The notes below the pieces were generated by a model. That model was not told the DNA's origin and ran no database searches. It saw only the letters and a list, made by a program, of their open reading frames with translations. A DNA stretch of 64,000 nt from the NCBI GenBank assembly GCA_964628585.1, contig CAZVMH010000001.1:210-64209 (forward strand). Direction: 5' to 3'. Positions 29,169-38,466 of the stretch are shown here, piece after piece. Source of the DNA: an uncultured Candidatus Saccharibacteria bacterium (lineage in GTDB: Bacteria; Patescibacteriota; UBA1384; XYA2-FULL-43-10; 1-14-0-10-43-13). Both the position numbers and the translations under genes were made by a program. The stretch's first letter is position 1. Every line of letters starts with the position of its first letter.

Positions 29169-29202
29169 TGGGTAACCCCTGTCATCCGAAACAGGGGTTA
29201 CC
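29169..29202. terminator. 13-bp perfect-stem hairpin GGGTAACCCCTGT-catccgaa-ACAGGGGTTACCC, just downstream of the trmD stop
   Basis: Exact inverted repeat. Poor U-tract on either strand. Confidence 0.4.
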
Positions 29203-29224
29203 CAATAATCTTCTTAAAAATTTA

Positions 29225-29893
29225 TTATCTGGTTCTTTTTATGGCTTCATTGAGACGCCATTTTTTTATTTTGGCATGATTGCCAGAGAGCAAAATTTCT
29301 GGTACTTTCCAACCCTTATATTCGACTGGTTTTGTATAATGAGGATACTCAATTAACTTTTTGCCATCATGTTCGATAGAAAAAGATTCTTCTTCTGTTG
29401 ATTGTTCTCCGCCAAGTGCATTAGGAAGTAATCGAACAACAGAGTCGACTATTGCCATGGCAGGGATCTCTCCGCCAGAAAGCACAAAATCGCCGATTGA
29501 TATCTGTTCATCTACCATATGCTCGCGAATTCTCTCATCAAAGCCCTCGTAATGGCCACAAATTAGTATTAAATTATCATACTTTGCCAGTTTTTGTGCT
29601 TGTGCCTGATTATATCGTTTTCCTTGTGGAGTTAGAAGTACAATATGATGTATGCCTCCATCTTTCTCTACAATGCTCTGCAGTGCGCTGTCCATTACTT
29701 CTGGCTTAAGTACCATACCAGCACCGCCACCATAAGGTGTGTCATCTACGGTCTTGCGCTTATCGGTGGCAAAATCGCGTAAGTTTACCAATTTAATATT
29801 AACCACTTCTTTTGCAATAGCACGCTTAATAATGCTCTCTGAAAAGGCTCCATTAAACATCTCTGGAAAAAGTGTAATTATATTTATCTTCAT
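29225..29893 (-). CDS. trmD: tRNA (guanine37-N1)-methyltransferase
   Basis: 'MKINIITLFPEMF' SPOUT knot fold. 222 aa. Confidence 0.9.
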   Translation of the reverse strand: MKINIITLFPEMFNGAFSESIIKRAIAKEVVNIKLVNLRDFATDKRKTVDDTPYGGGAGMVLKPEVMDSALQSIVEKDGGIHHIVLLTPQGKRYNQAQAQKLAKYDNLILICGHYEGFDERIREHMVDEQISIGDFVLSGGEIPAMAIVDSVVRLLPNALGGEQSTEEESFSIEHDGKKLIEYPHYTKPVEYKGWKVPEILLSGNHAKIKKWRLNEAIKRTR

Positions 29894-30034
29894 ATTTTTA
29901 GTATACAGATTACAGTATACAGAATAAAGTTATTAAACAAGAAAACCGCCAACAATAGAGCTGCGGCGGTCTCTTTCTAATAAAATTCTAATTGTACTAT
30001 CTGTTATCTGATATCTGTCCAACTGTTTAACTGA

Positions 30035-30400
30035 CTAGGCAAGAACATCATTTGGAACATCGTCCAAGGTTTTTTCGTCTTTTTCTTTTTTCTCTACTTT
30101 TTCTTCTGTTTCCTCTTCGTTAGCCTTTGGCGCTGGCTTTTCGTATTTTTCGCTACCTTCTGGCTCAACAATTTTCAAGTTTACTCGAGCATTGTTTTTA
30201 GCACCTAGCACGCGAAGTAGAGTTCGAATTGACTTTGCAGTTTTGCCATCTTTGCCGATAACTTTACCCATGTCAGATGGATCTACGGTCAATTTAATTA
30301 GGACACCCATTTCATCGATCGTTCTTTCAGTTGATACCTTATCGGGGGTGTCAACGATTGCCTTGACTACATCTTCAACGAATTTCTGATCTTTTTCCAT
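30035..30400 (-). CDS. KH-domain RNA-binding protein (KhpA/YlqC-like) with acidic tail
   Basis: 'VIGKDGKTAKSIRTLLRVLG' GXXG KH motif. Lies between rpsP and trmD. Confidence 0.8.
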   Translation of the reverse strand: MEKDQKFVEDVVKAIVDTPDKVSTERTIDEMGVLIKLTVDPSDMGKVIGKDGKTAKSIRTLLRVLGAKNNARVNLKIVEPEGSEKYEKPAPKANEEETEEKVEKKEKDEKTLDDVPNDVLA

Positions 30401-30429
30401 ATTATCCTTTCTGCGCTACACGCAGTTAA

Positions 30430-30996
30430 TTAATCCTTTTTGTTTTTCCCGACGCTTTCAGGTCGGGACTCCGTATCCTCAACTTCGGGTTGAGGCATCG
30501 GAGCTTCATCAATATTGATTTCAGCAGGCTCTTCTGCTTCCACAACTGGTACAACATCTTCAACTAAATTGGCAGCTTCTTCTTCGGTTTTTGCCTCTTC
30601 TGCAACTTCTTCAATTTGTTCTTCTGGAGTTTCTGCTGCTTCAGGTGTTTCAGCGGTTTCTTCTGCTGGAGCTTCTTTTTTCTCTTCTTCTGGCCCAGCT
30701 TTTATGGCCTTTTTAGTTTGTTTTTTGCCAAAAACTTTTTTAATCTTATCTTTTTTAGCTAGAATTTCTAGGTCGCACATAAGATTGTGAACAGTAGCGG
30801 AAGGTTGTGCGCCTCGCTCAATCCAAAACAAAGCTCTGTCCTTAGCAATTACAACTTGCTTTGGAGTAAGAGTTGGGTTATAGTTTCCAATTATTTCAAT
30901 AAATTTTCTCTTGACCGCTCTTTTTTTGTCTGCGACAACGACACGGTAGGCAGGACTATTTTTCTTGCCGACTCGGGTTAATCTAATTACTAGCAT
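30430..30996 (-). CDS. rpsP: 30S ribosomal protein S16 with long Ala/Glu-rich C-terminal extension
   Basis: 'MLVIRLTRVGKKNSPAYRVVVADKKRAVKRKFIEIIGNYNPT'. Confidence 0.9.
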   Translation of the reverse strand: MLVIRLTRVGKKNSPAYRVVVADKKRAVKRKFIEIIGNYNPTLTPKQVVIAKDRALFWIERGAQPSATVHNLMCDLEILAKKDKIKKVFGKKQTKKAIKAGPEEEKKEAPAEETAETPEAAETPEEQIEEVAEEAKTEEEAANLVEDVVPVVEAEEPAEINIDEAPMPQPEVEDTESRPESVGKNKKD

Positions 30997-31057
30997 TTAT
31001 CTCCTAGGATCGTCTAAAACTGATATTGTGAATTATCCACCATAGAATAACAAAATT

Positions 31058-32383
31058 TTAGCTAAATGTCAATTTAGTTTTGTATCCTCTTACAAAATCT
31101 TCATAACTCATTTCATTTTTACCTTCTGGTTTGACACTTGTGATAACAAAATTATTTTCTTCGTCCATATATCCAGCCAGAATTTGTACTCTTTTACTAT
31201 TTACTGTGGTAAATACTTTTGGCCAAACCGAAAATGCTCGAATTTTACGCTCAACAGTCTCACTTAGGGTTTCCTTCGTTACTTCTGCATCGGTATTTTT
31301 TATTAATTTTGTATAAGTTGCTTTACTCTCGTCTTGTTCAATTGGTTTTAAATCACCTGCTAAATAGTAGGGGATTGAGTTCAAAAGCAAAACGGCACCA
31401 ATCTCGGACATTAACTCTTTTAATGTATCATAAGTTTCTGACGGAGAAATTTCTGTGATGGTTTGTGAGATAATTGGACCAGCATCCATTTTTTGAGATG
31501 TTAGAATAAGTGAAACGCCAGCTTCTTTGTCTCCAGAAAGAATTGTTTGCTGAATGGGAGAAGGACCACGATATTTCGGCAGAAGGGAAGGATGAATATT
31601 TATAACTCCATATTTTGGGATGTCTAATACTTCTTGTGAAACAATTTGTCCGAAATCTGCCATTATCCCAAGTTCAGGCTTATTTTTTTTGATTTCAGCG
31701 ATTATCTTTGGATCATTGATAGACTTTGTTTTTATGAGAGGTAGTTTTAACTTATTGGCAATAGTCTCAATTGGGTTGGTGGTGCCAATATTGTTTCTTC
31801 GCTGAATAGCTTCATCTGCGCCAGAAATAACCGATACAACTTTGTATTGAGAATCGTGGGCCAAAAGCTCAAGAGATTTCGCTCCTAAGTCACCAGTGCC
31901 AATAAACATTACTGAAGTTTCCTGAATATGATCAATAAGGAGTGTAGCATTCAAATGATCATTTTCATGTTGAAGAACTCTAGAATAAAGGCCATCAGCT
32001 TCAATTTTTATTGGCTTACCATATCGGTCTTGGCCAGAAATAATTACGGTTTTAGGTCTTTTAGTTAAAATCTCCATGCCAGGAAATGAAAGGCAACCCT
32101 CAACCATATTTACCTCTTCTTTGCCCAATTCAATGATTTCAGGATTAACAAGAACGGTTAAAGGAAAAGCCATAGATTTGTCATCTTCTTCGCCCTCATA
32201 TTCACAAATAAACATTTTGTGCGACAAACCGACTTGAGGAGCGGCTAAACCGACTCCATTATTCTTGCGCATTGTTTCAATCATATTATCAATCAGAAAT
32301 TGGAATTCATGACCAAAATCATCAACCTTTTCAGTTGGTTCCCTTAGAACTGGATCTTTAGTTTTGCGTATCTTCAATATCAT
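31058..32383 (-). CDS. def-fmt: Peptide deformylase fused in-frame to methionyl-tRNA formyltransferase (Def-Fmt fusion)
   Basis: 441 aa. Def motifs GVGLAAPQVG, EGCLSFPG and HENDHL are followed directly by the Fmt N-terminus 'MFIGTGDLGAKSLELL'. The Fmt signature 'HPSLLPKYRGPSPIQ' follows. No stop codon separates the two. Confidence 0.8.
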   Translation of the reverse strand: MILKIRKTKDPVLREPTEKVDDFGHEFQFLIDNMIETMRKNNGVGLAAPQVGLSHKMFICEYEGEEDDKSMAFPLTVLVNPEIIELGKEEVNMVEGCLSFPGMEILTKRPKTVIISGQDRYGKPIKIEADGLYSRVLQHENDHLNATLLIDHIQETSVMFIGTGDLGAKSLELLAHDSQYKVVSVISGADEAIQRRNNIGTTNPIETIANKLKLPLIKTKSINDPKIIAEIKKNKPELGIMADFGQIVSQEVLDIPKYGVINIHPSLLPKYRGPSPIQQTILSGDKEAGVSLILTSQKMDAGPIISQTITEISPSETYDTLKELMSEIGAVLLLNSIPYYLAGDLKPIEQDESKATYTKLIKNTDAEVTKETLSETVERKIRAFSVWPKVFTTVNSKRVQILAGYMDEENNFVITSVKPEGKNEMSYEDFVRGYKTKLTFS

Positions 32384-32427
32384 ATTATTTTTGTATAATT
32401 ACCTGACTACTTACTATACATTCTATT

Positions 32428-34452
32428 TTACAGTAAATCAACAGGTTCTGCATCCCATATGAGGTAGGGATTTGATTTGAAGATAGAATATATTTTTTCG
32501 TTGGGCCATTTTTTAGTCTTAATAATTAGATGATATCTAAATCTGTTATGAAGTTTTGAGAAGAAACATTTTCCCGGACCAATATATTTTATGCCACTTT
32601 CTTTTAACTTTTCTGCAATGCTATAAATTTCTTTTTTAGCTCGTTTCACGTTTTCATCTTCCGAAACTACCCTTATTAAATGACAAAAAGGTGGGTAGTT
32701 CAATTCCTCTCTGTTTATGATCTCGCCCCTATAAAAAGCATCAAAATTATGTTGTGATGCCAGCATAATTGCTTTTGATTCTGGCCAGTAAGTCTGGATA
32801 ATTGTTTGTCCAACATTATGTTTTCTACCGCTTCGGCCGGAAACCTGCGTGATTATCTGAAAAGTTTTTTCCATTGCTCGGAAATGTGGCATATGCATTC
32901 CGACATCAGCCGAAATGATTCCGACCATATCAATATTTTCTAGATCCAATCCCTTTGCCAGAATTTGAGTGCCAATCAAAATATCAACTTTCCCATTTTT
33001 TAAGTCGGAGTGAAGTTTGGCCAAATCGCTCTTATTTTGAATTGATTTGCCCTCAATTACTCGGACTCTTGCTTTTGTAAATAATTTTTTAATCTCAGAC
33101 TCAATTTTTTCTACACCTGCTCCGAAAAATTTAATTTTAGAACTTTGACATTCGGGGCAGACAGAGGGAATTGAGGCAGTATAATCGCAATGGTGGCAGG
33201 AAAGTCCGTTATATTTCTCATTCAAATGATAAACCAGGGGAATATCACATTTTGGACAAAGAACAACAAATCCACAGTCTCGGCAAGAAACGAAGGTAGA
33301 CATTCCTCGTCGATTAAGGAAAAGAATTATCTGTTTCTTGTTTTTCAACACAGAAGAAATTGCACTTTGCATCTTTATTGAAATAGGGGAATAATTTTCT
33401 TTTTTAATCTCTTCTCTTAGATCAATTACTTCAGCAGGTGGCAAAATCAACTTGTGGTATCGGCTATTTAATATGAAAAGATCATACAAATTACTTTTGG
33501 CCTTGAAGTAGTTCTCAATTCTAGGAGTAGCTGTCCCAAGCAGCAAGTATGCTCCAGTTTTTTTAGCAATTTCTTCTGCCAGAGTAACGGCATGATAGCG
33601 AGGGGATTTTTCCTGTTTATATGCGTCTTCCTGTTCTTCATCTATAATTATTAGTCCTAAGTTATTACTCGGAACAAGAAGTGCTGACCGGGGACCAATT
33701 AGAATCTGTTTTTTATTACTGTAAAATTGAGAATAAGCCAAAAATTTATCTTTTTCAGTAAGATGGGAGTGGGCGAAGGCCACTTGATCAGGAAATAGTT
33801 CTTCAAACTTTCCCACAATCTGCGGGGTCAACATAATTTCTGGAACCAATATGATCGCTTGTTTCCCATTCTTTAAACATTCTTCGACCAATTTCAGGTA
33901 TATTTCTGTTTTCCCTGAACCAGTTACACCGAAAAGTAGGGCTGGTTTACGGTCTTTTTTCCCAAGATTGCTAATTAAAGATCTGAGGATTTTTTCCTGT
34001 TCATCGGAAAGTTTGATCATTAGCTTAGGAGTTTCAATCTCTTCCCTTGTTTTATCGGCTTCAACAATTCCTCTTTTTCTGTCTGGTGGCAAAAAAAGAG
34101 CAACCGCTTCTCCGAGAGAGCAAAGAAAATATTTTGAAACCCACTCTGCAATATCAATATAATTTTTCGGTATTGTTATGCTAGAGACGTCTAATATTTC
34201 TTTTAGTTTATATCCTAAGTTTTCGCCATCGCTGTTATTTTTTATATTGGAAATAACACCTCGAATAGTCTTCTTGCCGAATGGAATATGGCAAATTGAA
34301 CCAACCTTAATGTCACCGTCTAAATTATCAGGTACTATATAAGAATAAACATCTTTGTCAAAAGCTTTTTTCTCTGGAATTATTTGTGCAATCATAATTT
34401 TAGTATACATAATAGAATGCCCAGAGCAACAGATGGTTGCGAGAAGAGACAA
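32428..34452 (-). CDS. priA: Primosomal protein N' (replication restart helicase)
   Basis: 'GVTGSGKTEIY', DEAH box 'IIDEEQE', and Zn ribbon 'CRDCGFVVLCPKCD...CHHCD...CPEC'. The start is probably an internal Met (34410 or 34395). Confidence 0.9.
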   Translation of the reverse strand: MSLLATICCSGHSIMYTKIMIAQIIPEKKAFDKDVYSYIVPDNLDGDIKVGSICHIPFGKKTIRGVISNIKNNSDGENLGYKLKEILDVSSITIPKNYIDIAEWVSKYFLCSLGEAVALFLPPDRKRGIVEADKTREEIETPKLMIKLSDEQEKILRSLISNLGKKDRKPALLFGVTGSGKTEIYLKLVEECLKNGKQAIILVPEIMLTPQIVGKFEELFPDQVAFAHSHLTEKDKFLAYSQFYSNKKQILIGPRSALLVPSNNLGLIIIDEEQEDAYKQEKSPRYHAVTLAEEIAKKTGAYLLLGTATPRIENYFKAKSNLYDLFILNSRYHKLILPPAEVIDLREEIKKENYSPISIKMQSAISSVLKNKKQIILFLNRRGMSTFVSCRDCGFVVLCPKCDIPLVYHLNEKYNGLSCHHCDYTASIPSVCPECQSSKIKFFGAGVEKIESEIKKLFTKARVRVIEGKSIQNKSDLAKLHSDLKNGKVDILIGTQILAKGLDLENIDMVGIISADVGMHMPHFRAMEKTFQIITQVSGRSGRKHNVGQTIIQTYWPESKAIMLASQHNFDAFYRGEIINREELNYPPFCHLIRVVSEDENVKRAKKEIYSIAEKLKESGIKYIGPGKCFFSKLHNRFRYHLIIKTKKWPNEKIYSIFKSNPYLIWDAEPVDLL

Positions 34453-34474
34453 ATTGTGTTACTATAATGCAATC

Positions 34475-35788
34475 ATGACAAGTTATCCAAATGTAGTAGT
34501 TTTAGGTCGGCCGAATGTAGGCAAATCGACTCTTTTCAACCGATTAATCGGGAAAAAAGAGGCCATAGAGTCTCCAATTGCCGGCACCACTCGAGATCGC
34601 CTTTATGGTGAGGTTGTTTGGCATGGTAAAATTTTTAATCTTATAGACATTGCTGGCGTTGATTATAATGGTAAAGAAGAAATTGATCTAAATATGCAGG
34701 CGTCGGTTAACGTTGCTATCGAACAGGCCGACCTTATTCTTTTTATTGTTGATTGGAATGAGAAGAATAACGAACATGACAAGCTGATTGCTCGCTCACT
34801 TCGCAAAACAACAAAACCAGTTATTTTGGCTATAAACAAAGCCGATAATATGGAAAGAATCCAAGATTCAGAAGAGTTTAATAGACTTGGAAATTTCAGC
34901 TCAGTCGCTGTTTCCGGAATTTCTGGCATCGGCACAGGAGATCTGCTCGATGAAATCATAAAGAAACTTCCCAAAGCCAAAATTGTAGAAGAAAAAAAGA
35001 CAGAAGAGATAAATTTGGCAATAATTGGCAGACCAAATGTCGGCAAATCAACTTTGCTCAATACAATCATCGGAGAAAAGCGTGCCATTGTTTCTGCTGT
35101 TCCTGGCACGACTCGCGATAGAGTTTCTGTTAAGTTCATGCACAAAGGCATGACTATAAATATGGTAGATACGGCTGGTATTCGTCGTCCTGGCAAAATC
35201 AAATGGGACTCAATCGAAAAATTTTCATTATTCCGTACAGAACGAGCAATTCGCGAGAGCGATGTTGTTGTTCTAATGATTGACGGTACAGAGGGGCTTG
35301 TTTCTTCAGATGCTAACATTTTGGGCAAAGCTAAAGAGTGGGGCAAGGGCGTAGTTCTCGGTATTAATAAAATTGATCTTTGGGGAGAGCGAAAAGAGGA
35401 TAAAGTTGCCATCACTATCGCTTATTTGCAAAGAAAGCTAAACTTTATTCCTTGGGCGCCAATTGTTTTTATCTCGGCTCAAGATGATGAAAATATCTCT
35501 CCATTATTAAACCAAGTTGTTACAGCATACAAAAATAGACTAGTGATGATTCCGGAAGGGGATTTGCAGCAAATTTTTGAACAAGCTAAAAATGACAACC
35601 AACAGCTCGAAAATGTCACTTCCCTGACTCAAAAAAGAACAAAGCCACCTATATTTACAGCCACATACAAAGGCAGAAAAGAGCCTCACCAAACACAGAT
35701 GCGCTACATTAAGAACAAAATACGCGACGTTTACCCCCTAAATGGCACTCCAATTTTTATAGATCTAATATCTAAAAGAACTAAGTAA
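34475..35788 (+). CDS. der: GTPase Der (EngA), two tandem GTPase domains
   Basis: 'VVVLGRPNVGKSTLFNRL' and 'LAIIGRPNVGKSTLLN' G1 motifs, plus a KH-like C-terminus. Start taken at MTSYPNVVV (ATG 34475); the ORF track starts at 34355. Confidence 0.9.
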   Translation: MTSYPNVVVLGRPNVGKSTLFNRLIGKKEAIESPIAGTTRDRLYGEVVWHGKIFNLIDIAGVDYNGKEEIDLNMQASVNVAIEQADLILFIVDWNEKNNEHDKLIARSLRKTTKPVILAINKADNMERIQDSEEFNRLGNFSSVAVSGISGIGTGDLLDEIIKKLPKAKIVEEKKTEEINLAIIGRPNVGKSTLLNTIIGEKRAIVSAVPGTTRDRVSVKFMHKGMTINMVDTAGIRRPGKIKWDSIEKFSLFRTERAIRESDVVVLMIDGTEGLVSSDANILGKAKEWGKGVVLGINKIDLWGERKEDKVAITIAYLQRKLNFIPWAPIVFISAQDDENISPLLNQVVTAYKNRLVMIPEGDLQQIFEQAKNDNQQLENVTSLTQKRTKPPIFTATYKGRKEPHQTQMRYIKNKIRDVYPLNGTPIFIDLISKRTK

Positions 35789-35795
35789 AAACAAA

Positions 35796-35826
35796 GTGAC
35801 CCTGTGCCGTCAGGCAACAGGGTCAC
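35796..35826. terminator. 10-bp perfect-stem GC-rich hairpin GTGACCCTGT-N11-ACAGGGTCAC
   Basis: Overlaps the stop codon of the minus-strand gene at 35823. A U-tract (TTTGTTTTTA) follows on the minus strand. Confidence 0.55.
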
Positions 35827-36416
35827 GATCTTGATCGACATCTATAGACGATCAGTGCTCCCAGGATTATCTGGATCAATCCAGCGTCCAACGGGAGTCC
35901 TAGTTCGGCTGGTTTCCCCGTCCAACGGAGGAGGTTGACTGCCAATGTGAAGCAGTATGATCCTCCAAAGAGAAACCAAGGAAGAGGGTCTTGTCCTTTC
36001 GGTTTGCGCCAAGCGTCTTTGTACGTGGGTGCAATTGAAAGGTTTAGGCATGCGAGGAACATGAGATTGGCAACTGTATCGTTGTGGCTTGTCTGCCACA
36101 CGAGCGTTGTTGCTACGCATGCTCCAACCACTATCCACTCATCAGCCGTAAGCTTGGACAACCTTCCGTGTCGGGCGGCGATGAGGAATGTGGCGAAGTG
36201 CGCTATGCCAGAGCCGTAAATCTGTAGGCTCTTGACCCAATCACCAGTCATTCGGCTGTAGCTGAGAGTGATCAAAAGGGCCAGACCACACCAGATCAGC
36301 CAGGTGCTAGTGTTGACCTCCATTCTGCCCTGCAAAATCCGCTTATTGTAAAAGGCGAATATGCTAAGATAGAACACGAGGCCAGTGAAGGCAAGGATGG
36401 TAGCAAGTGTATCCAA
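35823..36416 (-). CDS. Hypothetical polytopic membrane protein, GC-rich with strong SD (likely horizontally acquired)
   Basis: 197 aa, Trp-rich, about 6 hydrophobic segments. TTG start preceded by AAGGAGGAA at 8-nt spacing. Upstream promoter TTGACT-17-CATAAT. GC content is visibly far above the flanks. Confidence 0.55.
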   Translation of the reverse strand: MDTLATILAFTGLVFYLSIFAFYNKRILQGRMEVNTSTWLIWCGLALLITLSYSRMTGDWVKSLQIYGSGIAHFATFLIAARHGRLSKLTADEWIVVGACVATTLVWQTSHNDTVANLMFLACLNLSIAPTYKDAWRKPKGQDPLPWFLFGGSYCFTLAVNLLRWTGKPAELGLPLDAGLIQIILGALIVYRCRSRS

Positions 36417-36499
36417 AGCATATTCCTCCTTCCAAGAGTCTGTGTCTATAATTATGGCACATATTTAGTCAAAAGTCAATTAATTGAGATTAAAGAAAT

Positions 36500-36522
36500 T
36501 AAAAAAAACTCCTTTCGGAGCG
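36500..36522 (-). terminator. lepB terminator (GCTCCgaaaGGAGTTTTTTTT on the minus strand)
   Basis: Hairpin plus a T8 run immediately after the lepB stop. Confidence 0.55.
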
Positions 36523-36553
36523 AAATTGGAGCATAAAACTTTCCTATCAGATA

Positions 36554-37264
36554 CTATCTATTTGCTAGTGCTTTTCCGACTAATTTTGACAAATTCAAGC
36601 CTGGGTAAGAGATTCTTTTTTGCAAACCAAATTTTTCTGTTGGCGTAATAGTTAACCAAGCCCGACCAATAATGTTGGCCTTTGGCAAAACACCCCATTC
36701 GCGTGAGTCAGAAGAATGTTGTCTGTTGTCTCCCATTACAAAGTACTCATTGTCTCCCATTGTGGCTGAAAAACTGCCCGTCTCGGTTCCAGTAGCCAAA
36801 GTAAGTGCTCCTGCAGATAGATAGGCTTCATCCAAATTAATACCGTCTGGATTGTTACTATTGATAATAGTGACGGTGTTGTCTTTAATCTTAACGGTTT
36901 CACCAGGAAGGCCAATAATGCGTTTAATATATGAAACATTTGGATTTTTAGGATAACGAAAAATAGTAACATCTCCTCTCTTTGGTTCACCAGTTGTATA
37001 GGAAATTTTTTCTGCCAATAAGTATTCATTATTAACAAAATTAGGCATCATACTTTCGCCGTCTACAATAAAAGGTTGAACGGCAAAATATCGCAAGGCG
37101 AAAGCGATTATGAACACAACTACCCCAGTTTTAAATAAATCAAACAAAAAATAGGCAAAATCTTTAGTTGGGTTATTTTCAACTTCAAGATTGTTGAGTT
37201 GTTCGGAATTTAGGTTTTTGTCAATTTTTTCCAAGTCTTCTTCGGATGAAATTTTGCTAATCAT
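36554..37264 (-). CDS. lepB: Signal peptidase I
   Basis: 'GESMMPNF' catalytic Ser box and 'YIKRIIGLPGE' Lys box. 236 aa. Confidence 0.85.
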   Translation of the reverse strand: MISKISSEEDLEKIDKNLNSEQLNNLEVENNPTKDFAYFLFDLFKTGVVVFIIAFALRYFAVQPFIVDGESMMPNFVNNEYLLAEKISYTTGEPKRGDVTIFRYPKNPNVSYIKRIIGLPGETVKIKDNTVTIINSNNPDGINLDEAYLSAGALTLATGTETGSFSATMGDNEYFVMGDNRQHSSDSREWGVLPKANIIGRAWLTITPTEKFGLQKRISYPGLNLSKLVGKALANR

Positions 37265-37340
37265 ATAACCATTATATTTTAGCTTCTTGTTACTATTCGG
37301 TCAAGTGAAAAACTATTCAATAAAATGTATAATAACAATT

Positions 37341-38108
37341 ATGCATCCCATACTATTTTCTTTCGGAAACATTACTTTTTATACCCATGGAGTAATGGCA
37401 ACTCTAGGAGTAATTTGTGGAGTAATCACAGCATATTTTTTGGCGCCAGCTAAAAGGCGAAATTATTTGGTTGATAACCTAGTTCTATCTATAATTTTTG
37501 GCTTGATTGGAGCGAGACTGATATATATTTTAGTTTACAACGGTCAGTTTTCGACGATTGGATCATATTTTTCTCTCACAGGCGGAGGATTTGTCTCTTT
37601 TGGAGGCATATTTTTTGGAGCTGGTATCCTTGCTCTGATATTAAAAAAACAAAAAGAAAATATTTTGAATTGGTTCGATTTTACCGCCCCCGCTTTCTTC
37701 CTTGGTTTGGGTATTGGTCGAATCGGCGAAATACTTGCTGGAGAGTATTCTGGGGTTGAAACAAGCTCAAGAATTGCTCATGGTTTTTTATCGATTTCAG
37801 TTTTTAATACGCCCTTCTTTGAGGCAATTCTTTGTTTTTTTCTTTTTATATTTGGTCTAGCACTCTATAAACAAAAAAAGTCAGAATCGGGGCATAATGT
37901 TTTAATATTATTTAGTATCTATTCAATTGTTCGATTTATTATTGACTTTGGCAGAATAGAGTCTAAAATAATACTCAATTTGTCATTGGGGCAAATTATT
38001 AGTCTTGTGATATTTATTTTTTCTGTTATTCTTTTAATAAGAGAGAAAAACAATAAGATGAAGAGAGATCCTTCGACTTCTCCAACCAAGTTGGGTCGCT
38101 CAGGATGA
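37341..38108 (+). CDS. lgt: Prolipoprotein diacylglyceryl transferase
   Basis: Start at 'MHPILFSFGNITFYTHGVM'; the Lgt signature follows. Multi-TM. The ORF track starts at 37287. Confidence 0.8.
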   Translation: MHPILFSFGNITFYTHGVMATLGVICGVITAYFLAPAKRRNYLVDNLVLSIIFGLIGARLIYILVYNGQFSTIGSYFSLTGGGFVSFGGIFFGAGILALILKKQKENILNWFDFTAPAFFLGLGIGRIGEILAGEYSGVETSSRIAHGFLSISVFNTPFFEAILCFFLFIFGLALYKQKKSESGHNVLILFSIYSIVRFIIDFGRIESKIILNLSLGQIISLVIFIFSVILLIREKNNKMKRDPSTSPTKLGRSG

Positions 38109-38125
38109 CCTCGTCAGGAGAAAAA

Positions 38126-38461
38126 ATGAAATTATCTGAAAGTTTTTTAGAAAAACAAAAAGAAGCCTTACTTAGTGAGAAGGAACGAATTGAAGCAAAG
38201 GCAGTCAAATTAAAAAAATATCCTAAATATGGCGATGATGAAGAGGATAATTTACAGGAAATGGCCGATTATGAGAGTAATCTGACTTTAGATGAGCAAC
38301 TGGAATATCTTCTTGCAAAGATCAAGAAAGCACTCAAAGCAATTGATGATGGAACGTATGGCCAGTGTTCACTTTGCAAAAAAAACATTGAAAATGGTAG
38401 ATTGGAAATTATGCCATATGCCGATGTTTGTGTTACCTGCAAATCAAAAAAATCTAAATAG
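38126..38461 (+). CDS. DksA/TraR-family C4 zinc-finger protein
   Basis: Coiled-coil, then 'GTYGQCSLCKKNIENGRLEIMPYADVCVTC'. Confidence 0.75.
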   Translation: MKLSESFLEKQKEALLSEKERIEAKAVKLKKYPKYGDDEEDNLQEMADYESNLTLDEQLEYLLAKIKKALKAIDDGTYGQCSLCKKNIENGRLEIMPYADVCVTCKSKKSK

Positions 38462-38466
38462 TATTT

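Noticed and set aside
28867-29356. ORFs 28867..29160 (-), 28966..29148 (+) and 28991..29356 (+)
   Set aside because: They overlap each other and the uvrB start / trmD end, in a GC-rich non-coding block. There is no SD, and the low-complexity composition is typical of out-of-frame GC-rich DNA.
30515-30981. ORFs 30515..30790 (+) and 30787..30981 (+), Ala/Ser-rich
   Set aside because: Antisense to the rpsP Ala/Glu-rich C-terminal extension.
34663-35415. 250-aa ORF on the minus strand
   Set aside because: Antisense within der. Ser/Ile-rich with no motifs.
35842-36219. ORFs 35842..36138 (-) and 35935..36219 (+) inside the GC-rich membrane gene
   Set aside because: Alternative frames of the same GC-rich region. 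The 197-aa frame has the SD, promoter and TM-helix periodicity.
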